The notes beneath the pieces are model-generated. The model saw nothing but the letters and a program-made list of their open reading frames with translations. It was not told the DNA's origin and ran no database searches. Positions 1 to 17,714 of a stretch of DNA of 64,000 bases are shown here, in pieces; positions within the stretch are counted from its first letter, which is position 1; each line of letters starts with the position of its first letter. The stretch comes from Chrysomallon squamiferum (taxonomy: Eukaryota > Animalia > Mollusca). The stretch spans positions 558,001 to 622,000 of the forward strand of contig CM022675.1 in the NCBI GenBank assembly GCA_012295275.1, in the 5' to 3' direction. A program made the position numbers and the translations under genes.

Positions 1-161
1 GGCTCGTCTCTCTTTCGTTTTTGTATTTAAACTGGACCCCACTGCTCCCAGATTGCATTCCCCAAAGTAGTTATATAGCAAAATACCCACGGTTATAGTA
101 TGTATGTGTGTCTGCATTTGTGTCTATATATGTATATGTGTGTGTGTGATATGTATGTGTG

Positions 162-213
<52 letters not shown>

Positions 214-884
214 TCAACCTTACCAAGATGGTGTAATTTATGTTCGTACGCACCAGCATATCATGCATGCATGTGTATATGCGTATGCATGTTTGTATCT
301 ATATATGTGTTTACATACAAATGTTTTTATGTATGTATATATGTATGTATGTATATATGTATGTATGTATGTATGTACACAATTCATTGGAACCACTCAA
401 AACGGGAGAATACAGGTCGAGTGTCTCACTTCACAGTTTCCAGATTAATTAAACATACGCTTTGGTTGTCCATTGTCAGAGGTCCATTGTGACGTCACTC
501 ACAAAGAGTAACTTGTTAACTAGTATTACCACACTCTTGAACAACATGCAGATAATAATAACATATACAACAATGTGGTGTATGTTACATACATTCTTTC
601 ACAAACTAAAAATAAAAATAAGATATTCGATACATACGTGGATAATTTAATCAATTCAAATTATTGCAGCGTTTGCTAGTCACATAAGAAAACAATGTCA
701 CAGACAGCAATTAAATTTAAATGTACTGAACTGTATTTGCATGTGAAAATAAGTTTAATAAATGATGTTGATTCGGTCCCAGAACTGTCTTAAAGGATAT
801 TTGGGATAGGGGGACCTTATCTGTGTCTGATAAATTAATAAAATAAAATAAAATAAAATAAAATGTATTTTAATAAAAGGGAAT

Positions 885-1200
885 TCGGTGGTTTGCGAGA
901 TAACTGTTCGTTCATGAAAAACAATAATTCTGCGATTTGCGAGTTAATTATTCATTCATGAAAGACAGTTCAGGAGTTTGAGAGTTAATTATTCATTACT
1001 GAAAGACAGTTCAGCGGTTTACGAGTTAATTATTCGTTCATGAAAGACAATTCAGGAGTTTGGGAGTTAATTATTCGTTCATGAAAGACAATTCAGCGGT
1101 TTGCGAGTTAATTATTCGTTACTGAAAGACAATTCAGCAGTTTGCGAGTTAATTATTTGATCATGAAAGACAATTCAGCGATTTGCGAGTTAATTAATTT
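885..1200. repeat. ~41-bp minisatellite, ~8 degenerate copies
   Basis: Recurrent unit gagttaattattcgttcatgaaagacaattcagcggtttgc. Confidence 0.9.
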
Positions 1201-1489
1201 TCACAGCTTGACTCTTTCACTTCACGCTTCTGTGAGTCGGGTTAAAAGCAAAGTTCAGTGGTAAACTCGAATACTGCGACTTACTGCAAGCAGAAGCCGC
1301 TGGTTTGATTCAAAACTGCTCCGAATTGTAATAAAACACTAAGTACAAATTAGTCATAACGCTGTCGAGTAACATTAACTTCCATTTAAACAATTAATAA
1401 CGAAATACACTTATTTGTAGACTCACAAACACATACATGCATGAGTGCATAGATACATGGATGTTCCTTGATTTATATACGTCAAGAAA

Positions 1490-1940
<451 letters not shown>

Positions 1941-2959
1941 AACGAGAGTGTATATCTGTTCTAGGATTTATTCTGATTTTTAACAGTTGTATCTGAACAG
2001 TCTGTTTACTTTCTTTAGAAATCATTTGTTCGGATAATCACGTCTTACTAGTGTATGCTTTGAGCTTTATAAATAATTCATGATAAACTATTTCTATCGT
2101 AGGTTCAATTCTTACAAGACGTATTATTGCACTCACCGTGTAATGCGATGAAAAGATAAATACGAAATCGATACAACACACCACGCATTGATAAAAAAAA
2201 AGCAAAAAAAACAATGTAAAAACTTCTTTTCAGATTTGCTCATTTCGTAGAAACAGCATAAACATATATATATAAAAAATAATAAGGTCCTTCGATTCTC
2301 AAAATGCCACTGGATAAAGAGTGGCGTATACAAACTGGTTCACAACACAATTTGACTGCCGTTTGAAACGAAAACGCGGCTCTGTTGAAAAGATGGCTTA
2401 CACCAGTTCCTGTGTCTGACGCTTGTGAAGCTTAAACGTTGATCACAAGCGAGTGACGTTTACTGCATGGATTATGGCCTGCGTCTCACAGGAATTAACA
2501 AAACAGGTGAGAAAATAAAACACAATCGTTTTACATACAGCGTAAACAGCTTTTAGTATAAGACTATGTATGTATATAAATTAATATACATATAAATTAA
2601 ATATCCAAATATGAATATATACATATACAGACAGATCAATATATATATATATATTGATCTATATTAAATATCCAAATATGAATATAGCAATATATATCTA
2701 TATCTATATATATATATATATATATCTACTGATCAATCTCTCTCTCTCTCTCTCTCTATATATATAAAACAAATGAGAAATGTTGAAAGTGTACAAAGTC
2801 TGTTTAAATCATTTATACAGAACGCCACAGCGCGCCCCAGGCAGTCAGCAGTAACAGGTGAATGTTTCATTAGCGATTTAAAGCTTTTAGCTTAACCAAT
2901 GAATCCTTTATTTCTGTGACCTGATCATTAATTTTTTGTTTTGTTTGTTTCGTTTTATC

Positions 2960-3362
2960 ACATACACACACACACACTCTCATACACACAGTACCATTCA
3001 TACTCACGTACTTACGCACACTCACACCCACCCACTCACACACACACACACACTCACACACATTCACACACACTAACACACACACACTGTCACTCACACA
3101 TACATGCTCACTCACACACACACACACTCTCACACTCACACCCACATACACACACACTAACACACACACACTCTTATACACACAGACACATTCATACTCA
3201 CACGTACTTACGCACACTCACACCCACTCACACACACACACTCACACATACATACTCACTCATATACGCACACACTCTCACACACAAACACACACACACA
3301 CTCTCACACTCACACACATACACACTCACACACACACACACATACATACTCACACACACACA
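2960..3362. repeat. degenerate (CA)n microsatellite
   Basis: Directly visible; the source of the HT/VC pseudo-ORFs. Confidence 0.95.
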
Positions 3363-3816
3363 TTTAAAGATAGATATGCACCATCCATGAGGTGCGCTAC
3401 TCAGTTCGTGAATTCACTGGAATAACGAGTAAGTTAAGGATCAGGAATAATAGTCTACACAGAATGAGCTGTAATTTGTTCAAAAAGAATTCAGCCATTC
3501 GTACGTTAGAAAATCGCAAGCGCATGCGCGTAACTACTCAGTCAGAACTCTGTGAAATGAAAGCGAGTTTTAGTATGGGACGTGCATTTACTATGGATAC
3601 TTTTAATATACTTTCTATTATTTACTTGACTTTTATGTAAATGGTGCTTTTATGTGAAGTGGTGTGCTTATATGTGTGTGTAATAGATAAATATCACTGA
3701 AAAAAGAAATTATTTTAAGTTATCTGATTTAGGCTAATGATGTTTGTGTGGTTGTGTGTTTGTGTGTGTGCGTGTGAGTGTATGTGTGTGCATGTGTTTG
3801 TGTATGTCTGTACATA

Positions 3817-4118
3817 CAGTGGTACCTTGACTTACGAGTTAATTCGTTCCGTGACCGAGCTCGTAACTCAATTTGTTCGTATATCAAATCACATTTCCCA
3901 AGTGAAATTGTACCCCCAAAAACCACCCAGATTTTTTGTAACGAGTTTTTAAATAAGAAACCACGTGAAGCAAACGTGTGAGACGCGGGATACTGGCCGG
4001 ATGTTGTGTTGCTCGTTGCGCCAACCAGCGGCGGCGTATCTGAGACTCGCTCGTAACTCGGAATTCGGCTCGCAACTCAAACCAAAAAGTTAGGGCACTC
4101 GTAAGTCGACGTACCACG

Positions 4119-4119
<1 letters not shown>
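3817..4119. mobile_element. non-autonomous Tc1/mariner (pogo/Tigger-like) MITE
   Basis: Left end TA|CAGTGGTACCTTGACTTACGAGT; right end ACTCGTAAGTCGACGTACCAC is its imperfect reverse complement. About 300 bp, no transposase. CAGT termini after TA are typical of pogo/Tigger. The outermost right bases and right TSD are decayed. Confidence 0.65.
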
Positions 4120-4164
<45 letters not shown>

Positions 4165-5689
4165 ATATATAATAATATATATATAGTACGAAGGTACTGA
4201 TTAATTAAGTTAAAATGTCTAAATGTAGAAACTCTTCACTTGTACTCTTGCAGTCTTTCCAGTTATTATTATTGTTGTTCTTCTTCTTCTTCTTGTTAGT
4301 AGTAGTAGTAATAGTAGTAGGAGGAGTAGTATTCTTTCTGTTGCTGTTGTTGCTGTTGTTTTTCTTTCTTTATTTATTTATTTATTGTAATTAATTTTAT
4401 AGCTATTTTGTAAACACACATACACAATATACACACAAAACATGGAGTGTCACCTCTGTAAAATTATATAAACATAAAAGGATCACATAAATTAATTTGG
4501 ACATGGAGATGTATTACAGATTGTTTACGTACAAGATAAAGCTATTTGTATTCATGTGAAATTTGTGCCAGTTTATTTCTTATCAGCAAACTTTGAACTC
4601 GTATAAGCAGTATTTCTGACCCCAGTAACACTGTAAATATACAGCTGAAAACTCTATTTGGAACTGGCGATATGTACCTTATATTGGGATTTTCCTGTTC
4701 CCGCTCTGAACCCCCTGAGTAGTGTATCAAAGACTGATGTATATGTACCTTTAGAACATTGGCGTATAGCTTTGTTCATCTCTACATTAATCCGCGTTGA
4801 TGTTCTTATGATTATCCCGTTCCAACTTTGTACTCCATGAGTAGAGTATCAAAGAGTGAATCAAATATTTTCCTGTTTATGAGAGGCCATGTTATTGTTG
4901 CTCTCAGCTGATAAAAGTAGTGCATGCTGTAATAGCAGCATGTTTCTTCTCTAGTATCAGCGTTATTCTGAAACGGTAAGTTTGATATTTAGCTACTGTT
5001 GATGTTAAAATGCATTCATTGATTGTCAAATGTTTATTTGTGCATTCATTTTGAATCGGTAATCATTAAACTAGTAAATTTAAGAGAGGTTTTACATATC
5101 TGTGTATTAAACCATCGAATCTAACCGTCAACATAGTTAATAATTATAACAAGTAAGTATTATTATTATTATATATATATATATAGGTACATATAAATAG
5201 GTACTAAAAAAACTGTCCTATATTTACTATATTTTGTACACACACATCTACACACACACACATACATACACGCACACAGATATATATATATAAAACCACC
5301 GTAAAATACATGGAAAGGCATTAAAAAAGAAAAGAAATCGCTCTCCTTTAACCAATAATAATTTCTCTCTTTTAAACATCATCGAAGAAGAAAGAACGAC
5401 TAGAACTCAGTGCTCTTTTGTTAGTGAAATGTGCCGAGGTGTCATTAAATGGCAGCCTTGATTGCATACTGATTAATAATTAATCAGTCATTTGTGACGT
5501 CAGTGGAGGTAAACAAAGGGCAGTATGACGTCTTTTTACAGTCCGATCTGTTTATGTCGTCAGTAAGTGTTTTCAGTTTCCTTTAGAAAATATCAATACG
5601 AAATGACAAATATAGAAAGTCTTGTAAAAGAGAGAGCCGAAACAAAGAACGGGAGTGGGACCGTGTGGAAGTGAGATATTGAAATTATC

Positions 5690-6330
5690 GACTATTTATG
5701 TCAGCTGTAATCTATACATTGTCAAAAAAAAAAAACATTATTTATTTTAATACTGATCTATACTTTGTTACAGATCAATTATTTATGTTATTGCTAACCT
5801 ATACACTGTCACAAATCAATTATTTATGTTTACATTTATCTATACATTGTCACAAATCAATTATTTATGTTAATACTATGCTATACACTGTCACAAATCA
5901 GTTATTTATGTCAACATTTATCTTATACATTGTCACAGTTCAATTATTTATGTTAACATTTATCTATACATTGTCACAAATCAATTAATTATGTTAATAT
6001 TATCGGGAGGAGAAAAACTGAAGTTTAACAGATTACCAAAAAAATAATAATAATAAAAAAATAATAAATGCGCTTTAAAACTTTCTAAAAAAAAACAATT
6101 ATATTTAAAGACACATATATTATCCATTATGGGATGCAGTTTCTAGTTGGTATCTATAGGCCAAAATCAATATTAGGTATAGAAAATGACAGTCACAAAT
6201 TAATTATTTATGTTAATACTAACGTTTATATTATCTTGAATCAATTATTTATGTTAAAACAGACGCAAACATTATTATAAACGATATTTTTATTTTAATT
6301 CTTAGACATATATTATCACAAATCAGTTAT
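5690..6330. repeat. degenerate ~41-bp minisatellite
   Basis: Unit tatacattgtcacaaatcaattatttatgttaacatttatc recurs over 5690-6000 with looser copies at 6190-6330. Confidence 0.75.
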
Positions 6331-6619
6331 CTAAATATTTATCTGCACGGTGTAAGGTAATACTTTGACAGAAACATAAAACAGTACCTGCACTGAATAG
6401 ATAATCATTTATTTATGTTGTACCTGCCTGCCTGTGTGCAGCTAGAAGTAATTTGTACATTTTTGTTTGCAGTTTCGTTCTGTTCATGTTCGTAATCGCT
6501 GGCTTTTTTATTTATTTATTTTCTTCGAAATATTAGAGATGAAAATTTATGAATCATTGCTTTATATTTTTGTTTCATTCACTGGTACTTCTTTCACTAC
6601 ATGCAGCATTTAATTATTT

Positions 6620-7996
6620 AAACAACCTCAGTTTACTTTCTATTGATTCAGTAGATGGACTACTACTTCCTAGATGTTTAGCAGGAGGAAATCTACTTTC
6701 TAGAGATTTAGTAGTAGGTCCTCTACTTTCTATAGATTTAGTAGCAGGACGTCTTCTTTCTACAGATTTAGAAGTAGGTCGTCTACTTTCTAGAGATTTA
6801 GTAGTAGGCGTCTACTTTCTAGAGATTTAGAAGTAGGTCGTCTACTTTCTAGAGATTTAGTAGTAGGTCGTCTACTTTCTAGATATTTAGTAGTAGGCGT
6901 CTACTTTCTAGAGATTTAGAAGTAGGTCGTCTACTTTCTAGAGATTTAGTAATAGGTCGTCTACTTTCTATAGATTTAGTAGTAGGTCGTCTACTTTCTA
7001 GAGATTTAGATGTAGATCGTCTACATTCTAGAGATTTAGTAGTAGGTCGTGTACTTTCTAGAATTTAGTAGTAGGACGTCTGTTTTCTAGAATTTAGTAG
7101 TAGGATGTCTACTTTCTAGAGATTTAGTAGTAGGTCGTGTACTTTCTAGAATTTAGTAGTAGGACGTCTGTTTTCTAGAATTTAATAGTAGGATGTCTAC
7201 TTTCTAGAGATTTAGTAGTAGGTCGTATACTTTCTAGAATTTATAGTAGGATGTCTACTTTCTATAGATTTAGTAGTAGGTCGTCTACTTTCTATAGATT
7301 TAGTAGTAGGTCGTCTACTTTCTAGAGATTTAGATGTAGGTCGTCTACTTTCTATAGATTTAGTAGTAGGCGTCTACTTTCTATAGATTTAGTAGTAGGT
7401 CGTCTACTTTCTAGAGATTTAGATGTAGGTCGTCTACGTTCTAGAGATTTAGTAGTAGGATGTCTACTTTCTAGAGATTTAGTAGTAGGTCGTGTACTTT
7501 CTAGAATTTAGTAGTAGGACGTCTATTTTCTAGAATTTAGTAGTAGGATGTCTATTTTCTAGAGATTTAGATGTAGGTTGTCTACTTTCTATAGATTCAC
7601 TAGTAGGTGTCTACTTTCTATAGATTTAGTAGTAGGTCGTCTACTTTCTAGAATTCAGTAGTAGGACGTCTATTTTCTAGAATTTAGTAGTAGGATGTCT
7701 ACTTTCTAGAGATTTAGTAGTAGGTCGTCTACTTTCTAGAATTTAGTAGTAGGGCGTCTATTTTCTAGAATTTATAGTAGGACGTCTACTTTCTAAAAGC
7801 TTTAGAAGTAGGGACTAGAATTTAGTAGTAGGACATCTACTTTCTAGAGATTTAGTAGTAGGACGTCTACTTTCTAGAATTTAGTAGTAGGACATCTACT
7901 TTCTAGAGATTTAGTAGTAGGACGTCTACTTTCTAGAATTTAGTAGTAGGACATCTACTTTCTAGAGATTTAGTAGTAGGACGTCTACTTTCTAGA
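6620..7996. repeat. ~28-30-bp minisatellite, >40 copies
   Basis: Unit gtctactttctagagatttagtagtaggtc with small indel variants. Confidence 0.95.
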
Positions 7997-8644
7997 GGGG
8001 CCGTCGCAGAAACAAGAAATATTGATATTCAGCATATTTCGTTTATTTCTCACATCCACACAAAATAGCTACAACTATGTGTTTGACGTCAACAGTATAA
8101 GAATGATTAGTTATTTGAAAAAATAACTCACACCCTCACACACATGTAAATTAATATTAATATTAATATATACATTAATATGTCATTACATTAGAAAATG
8201 CTTCTGCATTTTTAATTTTTAATTATTTATAAATTTATAAATTTACGATAGATTAGACAGACAGAGAGACAGAGAGACAGTCAGATAGATAGATATGGAT
8301 ATTTAAACAATTAAATAATAAAATCACCACTCGACATAACATATCTCACATAAAGTTACAGCGACCTGTGTATTATTTCATTCTTTGAATACAGCTGACA
8401 TTACTCCCCACTGTTCTAATGTCCACTTGAACAAAACACAGACAAACACATGAACTGGGTGCGACAAGAAATATTCGTGCTACTGAAATAATATTTAAAA
8501 ACAGACGTGTGTCGTAGATGTTTATATGAACAGAAGCGCTTCATTTGTCATGTCTAATAACATCGCGTAATTTTTTTATTTTCAAGTCTTGTCTAAATAC
8601 TTCGCCAATTAATTATCTGTCTGTCTGTCTGTCTGTATATCTGT

Positions 8645-8870
8645 TTCGTGGGAAGCGATGATTACACTCGGTTACTAAGCAACCCTCTGTCACCTTGTCT
8701 TGATGGTTGAGTGGTAAGGTCGTCCGCCTACCGTGTGCGTGGGGGTGTCATACTTTCAAGTTTCACCTGACTGTCTTTCGTGAGGTCGCGATTGTAATTT
8801 GACCTCCTGCGCCGGCGCGTTCTCGAATACTGTCCGTGCAGACGTACAGAATACACGCACACATACACAC
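8645..8870 (+). mobile_element. tRNA-headed SINE-like dispersed repeat (decayed copy)
   Basis: Aligns by eye with 32948-33215: ttcgtgggaagcgatgattacNctcggtta..., an A-box-like tggttgagtggt, cctcctgcgcc.g.gcgttc.cgaata, and a CA-rich tail. Confidence 0.6.
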
Positions 8871-8927
8871 AGATACAGATATATATATTTATTTATTTAT
8901 TTATTTATTTTATATATATATATATAT

Positions 8928-11100
<2,173 letters not shown>

Positions 11101-13059
11101 TAACGGTAACTATAGCGATCAAACAAAAGCACTTGAGATTATAGATTCATGTCAAAGTTTTAGGCTAACGCCTATTGTTCTCCAGTACATCACTTCCTCG
11201 TATCTTTGTGTTCCTGTACATAGCGCGGGGGGTGGGGGGGGTGCTGTTGCTTGGTTGTTGAAGGTCACTAGAGTAATTATTCGCGCTGCACTTAGTAAGT
11301 TTTGTCCCATTCCAATTAACCTTATAGAGAACGGATTTAACAAAAGATCTTGTATCTACGGGAAGACGTTCGTAACAGCAATATTTATAATAATGATGAC
11401 GACGATGATGATGATGACGGTGATGATGGTAATAATAATAATAATAACAAAAACAACAACGATAACGTCAATAATAAAAATAACAATAATAATAATAATA
11501 ACAATAACAATATTAAGAAGAATAAAAATCATGACAGTAACAATAACAGTAATAACAATAGCAATGTCAATTATATTAATAATAATAACAACAACAACAA
11601 TAACAATAACAGTAATAATAATAATAACAATAATGGTAGTTATACTAGGAAAGAAGACGAATAACTAGAACATCAAAAAGCAACAACAGTAATAGCAGTA
11701 ATGATAGTTATAACAGTAGTAGTAGTAGTAGTAGTAATGAATAAAAAACAGGTAATGACATTTACGACATTTACGACATTTTTTATATCGTTCAAGAAAC
11801 GTTTATCTGTAAAAGGGTTATTTATAGTATGTTATAGTAGTATCTTTATTCAGAACGAGGTTTGTAGTGGTACTCTCGTAGTACAGAAAAGACGTTGTAT
11901 CTGCAGTGAAGGCAAAATAAACTTCTGAATGGTGGTGTCATTGTTCACAGCAAACTTTGAACACGTAGTACCGTTGTTATGAATCGTGATTTATCGCGTG
12001 CTTGGAAAGCCCGAGTACAGTCTAGATTACAGGATTTGTTTTGTACAAAGCAGGACAGGCATAAATATTAATGATTAACCGGAGAAAACAAAATACACCG
12101 TGAATTGCGTATACATGACTCCTACAACGTCATTTTATCGTCCTTCTTCTAAAGGTAAGTTCTGTTATATAAAAGAAATAAAACTTTAAAGAAAACGTTG
12201 AATGTACGGGTTCAGCGAAGAAAAATTAAACTAGCGGAAACGACAATGTCAGAAATTAAAACCAAAGTATGTTAATTAGACTGTAAGAAGGTTTATACCA
12301 AAGTTTGTGTTAACCGTTTCTTTCAGTTATAAGGAAATCTGAGTGCGTCGTTGTTGAAAACAAAGTCTGAATTAACATTAGCGTCGTTTAGAGCCGACAG
12401 ACAATTTTATCGCACGTAATGTTATTATAGTCTGTCGTCTAGACAACCACAGTGTTATTTAAAAGAAACACGCCAGAAATAGACTGTCCCATAATTCATT
12501 TTGGGCTTCCGTTCTTGATTTACTTCAACTTTCACTTATTTTGTTTTGTTGTTTCTTTGTCTGCTGGCACGCTTGTTTATTGTTGTGACGGTTTTTCTTA
12601 TTACTGTCGTCGTCGTTGTTGTTGTTGTTGTTGATGATGATGTTGTTGTTACCATCATCAGCAGCATTGGTTGTGTTTCTTGGTGTTATTCTTGCATTGT
12701 TATTATTGTTGTTTTAATTACTGTTGTTGTCGTTGTAATTATTATCATTATTATTTTTATTATTATTATTGTGGTTGTTGTTGTTGTTTTCTTTGTGATG
12801 TTGTTGATATTGTTGTTGTTCTAATTATTATTGTTGTTGCTGCTGCAGTTGCTGCTGATGTTATTGTCGTCGTTGTTGTAATTATTATTACTGTCATTAT
12901 TATTATTATTATTATCATTAGAAATAATCAGTTATATTTACGATTACAGGAGATACATTATTGTAGTAAATATTTCTCCTCTTCTCTCGAACTAGAAGCA
13001 TAAAAAAAATACCCGTCCCTTGAACAAAAATAATGATAAAAAATTAATAAAACAACAAA

Positions 13060-13697
13060 AACTCCAGTTCTTCATAGTGTTTCCGAACTGGTAAAACCTA
13101 ACTCCAGTTCTTCATAGTGTTTCCGAAACCTAACCCCAGTTCTTCATAGTGTTTCCGAACTGGTAAAACCTAACCCCAGTTCTTCATAGTGTTTCCGAAC
13201 TGGTAAAACCTAACCCCAGTTCTTCATAGTGTTTCCGAACTGGTAAAACCTAACCCCAGTTCTTCATAGTGTTTCCGAACTGGTAAAACTTAACTCCAGT
13301 TGTTCATAGTGTTTCCGAACTGGTAAAACCTAACCCCAGTTCTTCATAGTGTTTCCGAACTGGTAAAACCTAACCCCAGTTCTTCATAGTGTTTCCGAAC
13401 TGGTAAAACCTAACCCCAGTTCTTCATAGTGTTTCCGAACTGGTAAAACCTAACTCCAGTTCTTCATAGTGTTTCCGAACTGGTAAAACCTAACCCCAGT
13501 TCTTCATAGTGTTTCCGAACTGATAACACCTAACTCTAGTTCTTCATAGTGTTTCCGAACTGGTAAAACCTAACCCCAGTTCTTTATAGTGTTTCCGAAC
13601 TGGTAAAACCTAACCCCAGTTCTTCATAGTGTTTCCGAACTGGTAAAACCTAACCCCAGTTCTTCATAGTGTTTCCGAACTGATAACACCTAACTCG
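13060..13697. repeat. 40-bp minisatellite, ~16 copies
   Basis: Unit ccagttcttcatagtgtttccgaactggtaaaacctaacc, highly homogeneous, no unique spacers. Confidence 0.95.
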
Positions 13698-14513
13698 GCC
13701 TTTTGGGGACCTTTTGCTCCTAAATTGCGTGAGTTCGTCAGCCTCTACAACCACGTAACAAACAATGGTATGCTATCAGTTGACGTTCGATATAGCCAGC
13801 CAGTCAGGTCTATTGTAGTTTTAGTGTTTAAAGTGTGTTTACGTAGAGACGCGGGTGTGGGCAGTAAATTAAACAACGTAATTAGGCCACATAAGAAATA
13901 TATTTGTTTAGCGTTCGACCTGAGAAATTATTCGATATTCAAAAAAAAAAAAAAATAATAATAAAAAAAAAAAAATAAAAAATAATAATAATAATAATAT
14001 TAATAATAATAATAATAGTAGTAATTGTAATAGTAATAGTAGTAATAATGATAAGAAGAATAAATTAAATTGTAACATTGATTGCGCAGAATCACCAACA
14101 AACTGTATAGGAGGACATCTTAGCATTGACATCATTTGTTATATTTTCTCTTCAGTCATGTTATTGAAAAATCTTGTGTTGGAACGAGCGATCAGAAAGT
14201 TAAAGCACGCCTCTGCCGGTCTGTGAACGCGCGTGCAAGTGGTATCTGTAATACGCTGCAGTAGAAAATGAGCGACTGATTTTGAAGTATGTTTGCCGTG
14301 AACACCCGGAATTTGAAAATATAACAGTAAAAATAAAAATGTCCTCGCTACCTGTTTAACATTAGTCTCTGCAGTGCTGTGTAAACACGCACGTCTGACT
14401 GATTTCACAAGGCAAACATGGCCTATGAATGTTCTTAAATTTCTTCAAGCATTCATAGCAAAATTAACTGAAGAAATATCTTATTTCATTTACGAACCAC
14501 ATCTTAAACATTA

Positions 14514-14552
<39 letters not shown>

Positions 14553-14677
14553 CTTTTTTATTTATTTTATTTTATTTTATTTTATTTTATTTTTTTATTT
14601 TTTATTTTTTTATTATTATTTTTTATTATTATTATTATTATTATTATTCCTTTTTATTTATTTTTTTATTATTATTC

Positions 14678-14712
<35 letters not shown>

Positions 14713-14865
14713 TAAATTAGATCTATCCACGTCACAATAATGATTTGGTTTGTCTTGTTTCTGTGACTGCAACGATAAAACGAACATAGTCGAATTAACT
14801 GCATCTTATCTGCAGATCAACAAACATACACACTGATATACGGACACACCTGCAACTCTAAGTGC

Positions 14866-14927
<62 letters not shown>

Positions 14928-15221
14928 TTTAAAAAGATCTGAATTTATATCTCTTTTCGAAAATACCAGCGAGTGTAGATGTAAAATGATTGGTGTGCTT
15001 GTGTTTCAGTAAGTGTGAAATTTCATACGTTAGTTTGTATTTAACTTCAGCCGCACCCAAATTTGCGAGTTGATTAGAGATACTTGACAGTGCTGTTGTT
15101 GTTTGGAATTTGCAATTATTTGTGAAGAAACGTTCATAATATGAAAAATTTATTAATTTTTACCTTTTATTATTTTAATTTTTTTTAATTTTATTTATTA
15201 TTATTATTATTATTATTTTTA

Positions 15222-15252
<31 letters not shown>

Positions 15253-15756
15253 TTTTGATGTATAAAGATATTTTTAACATTAAAAAAAATATATATAACG
15301 ATGTTGTAGTCTGCACTGCTAGTAGTGGTTGCATTTAAATGACATCACAGTACACGTGAGTTAATATGAACTTGGCCAGGTCGTTGATGCAAGCTGGAAA
15401 TGTCTTCTCGGTCTGTTTGACGGTTCAGATAAAGTGAGCAGTTTTATCGCTTATCTTGGCAAAAAGAACAAAAACAAAAGACAGGTGTGAAACCAGTCGC
15501 ATGGCGGCCTCCTTTCCACGTTTGTCAACAGAACAGTAATTTATCAGTTTTATTTCTTTTAAATTTCTTTTTTATTACTGTTATGGTTTTGTTTATCTTA
15601 TTCCTCATCCTTTTGTGAACAGCATGTTTTTATTTTTTTTTTGACGTTCTGTGTCTGGTTTGTTTTCTGTTTGTTTCAGGTGTCTTTATTGCCAGCACAC
15701 GTGCAAATATACCTGTTTCCATTGTTATCAACAGGGCATCCATCTTGACGTTGTTT

Positions 15757-15902
<146 letters not shown>

Positions 15903-15977
15903 GTTCTTATTAACAGAGAATTCTCTGTTGTTATGTTATTAGTTCATGATACTCTTCAGTGTACCTGCAGTTATTTA

Positions 15978-16008
<31 letters not shown>

Positions 16009-16009
16009 T

Positions 16010-16049
<40 letters not shown>

Positions 16050-17438
16050 GTTGTGTTTGTTTATTTATTTATTTATTTATCTATTTATGTTTACATGTGT
16101 TTGCATGTATGTATTATGTATATATATATATATATGTATGTATGTATGTATGTGTATGTAAGTGTGACTGTGTGTATGTGAATGTATATTTTTGTTTGAG
16201 AACTATTATGATACATTTTAATGTCTGCCTACAATTATAGGTAAAACATTAATTAATTAAATTAACATCAGTTTCTATATTGTATTTTATTATCAGTCAA
16301 AGTCATTGTTGTTTTTATTAAAGTAATTAAACTAAATGGAAAGGAGACTCATAAATTAACTTTGAAGTTTTATTCACGTATTTGTTCAGCTGGGTTCATT
16401 CAGCTGCTGTTGTTGAGAAATTAACTGTGCATGTAATTGTAGTTGACGCCTTTTATTAGTGAATATACATATTCATTCTGATACACGGGTTTTTAATGCG
16501 TAATTTAAATGTATATTCCTTTTTTTTCTTCTTCTTTTTTCTTCTTCTTCTTCTTATTATTAGTAGTAGTAGTCGTAGCAGTAGTAGTAGTAGTGATAGT
16601 AGTTGTAGCAGTAGTTGTAGAAGTAGTAGTAGCTTTGGTTGCACTAACAGTAGTGGTAGTATAAGTAGTAGCTATTGTAGTGGTAGTAGTAGTTCTTGTT
16701 CATGTAATAGTAGTAGTAGATGTGTGGTAGCAGTTGTAGTAGTTGTAATAGTAATTGTTATAATTTTATGGTATACTAGTCGTAGTTGTTGTTGCTATAG
16801 AAGTCGTAGTTGTCGTAGAATTGGTAATAGTAATAATAAGAAGAACAAAGCCTCTTTTAAAGAACAAAATAAAAATGTATTATTATTTTATTGTATACGG
16901 GTAGTTACCGTAACTAATAACAAAGTAATACAGTAATATAAAGCTATAATAAAAACTTTAGATTCCGTAATTTAGCCCATTGTAAACTGTAGTCATGACG
17001 TCATCGTGATACTAATAAAAGTATTTAAATTTTATTAGTGACGATGTCAGACAAACTTAAAGCATAGTGATCCGCTCTGTATGCGGGATGACGTCACGAT
17101 TACTGATATTTTAAACTGTAATATTTTGTTGTTACACTTCGATATTAAGAATCAAGAGCAAAGTAAAATAAATAAATAAACAATACATTAATTAATTAAT
17201 TAATTAATTAATACTAATAACAACAAACATAAATCCATAAATATATAAATTAATTAATAACATTACTAATAGCAACAAAAACAACAACAAAACGTACCTA
17301 CGTGCCTCTCTGCATACAGACATACATACATCCTATAAACAGATACACGCATGCATACACAGTATACGCACACACGTAAGTACGTATATACATGGCCGTA
17401 ACTACATTGAGGCAAATGAGATAAATACCTCTTACCTC

Positions 17439-17497
<59 letters not shown>

Positions 17498-17657
17498 CAA
17501 AGATTTTATTTGAAAAATATAGAATAAAAAATCTATGTTCCGATACAAACGATATCCATTGTTGCCGTTTGATTACGTGTTTTTGCCTCATTTCAATGCG
17601 CTGATATGGCAGGGTCAAAGGTTATCCCATGGCAAATGTTTCTACCTTGTACCCATA

Positions 17658-17697
<40 letters not shown>

Positions 17698-17714
17698 ATA
17701 AAAATCGACTGCTC

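Noticed and set aside
13060-13697. CRISPR array or interstitial telomere
   Set aside because: Head-to-tail units without unique spacers; only one cctaacc per unit, not a telomeric tract.
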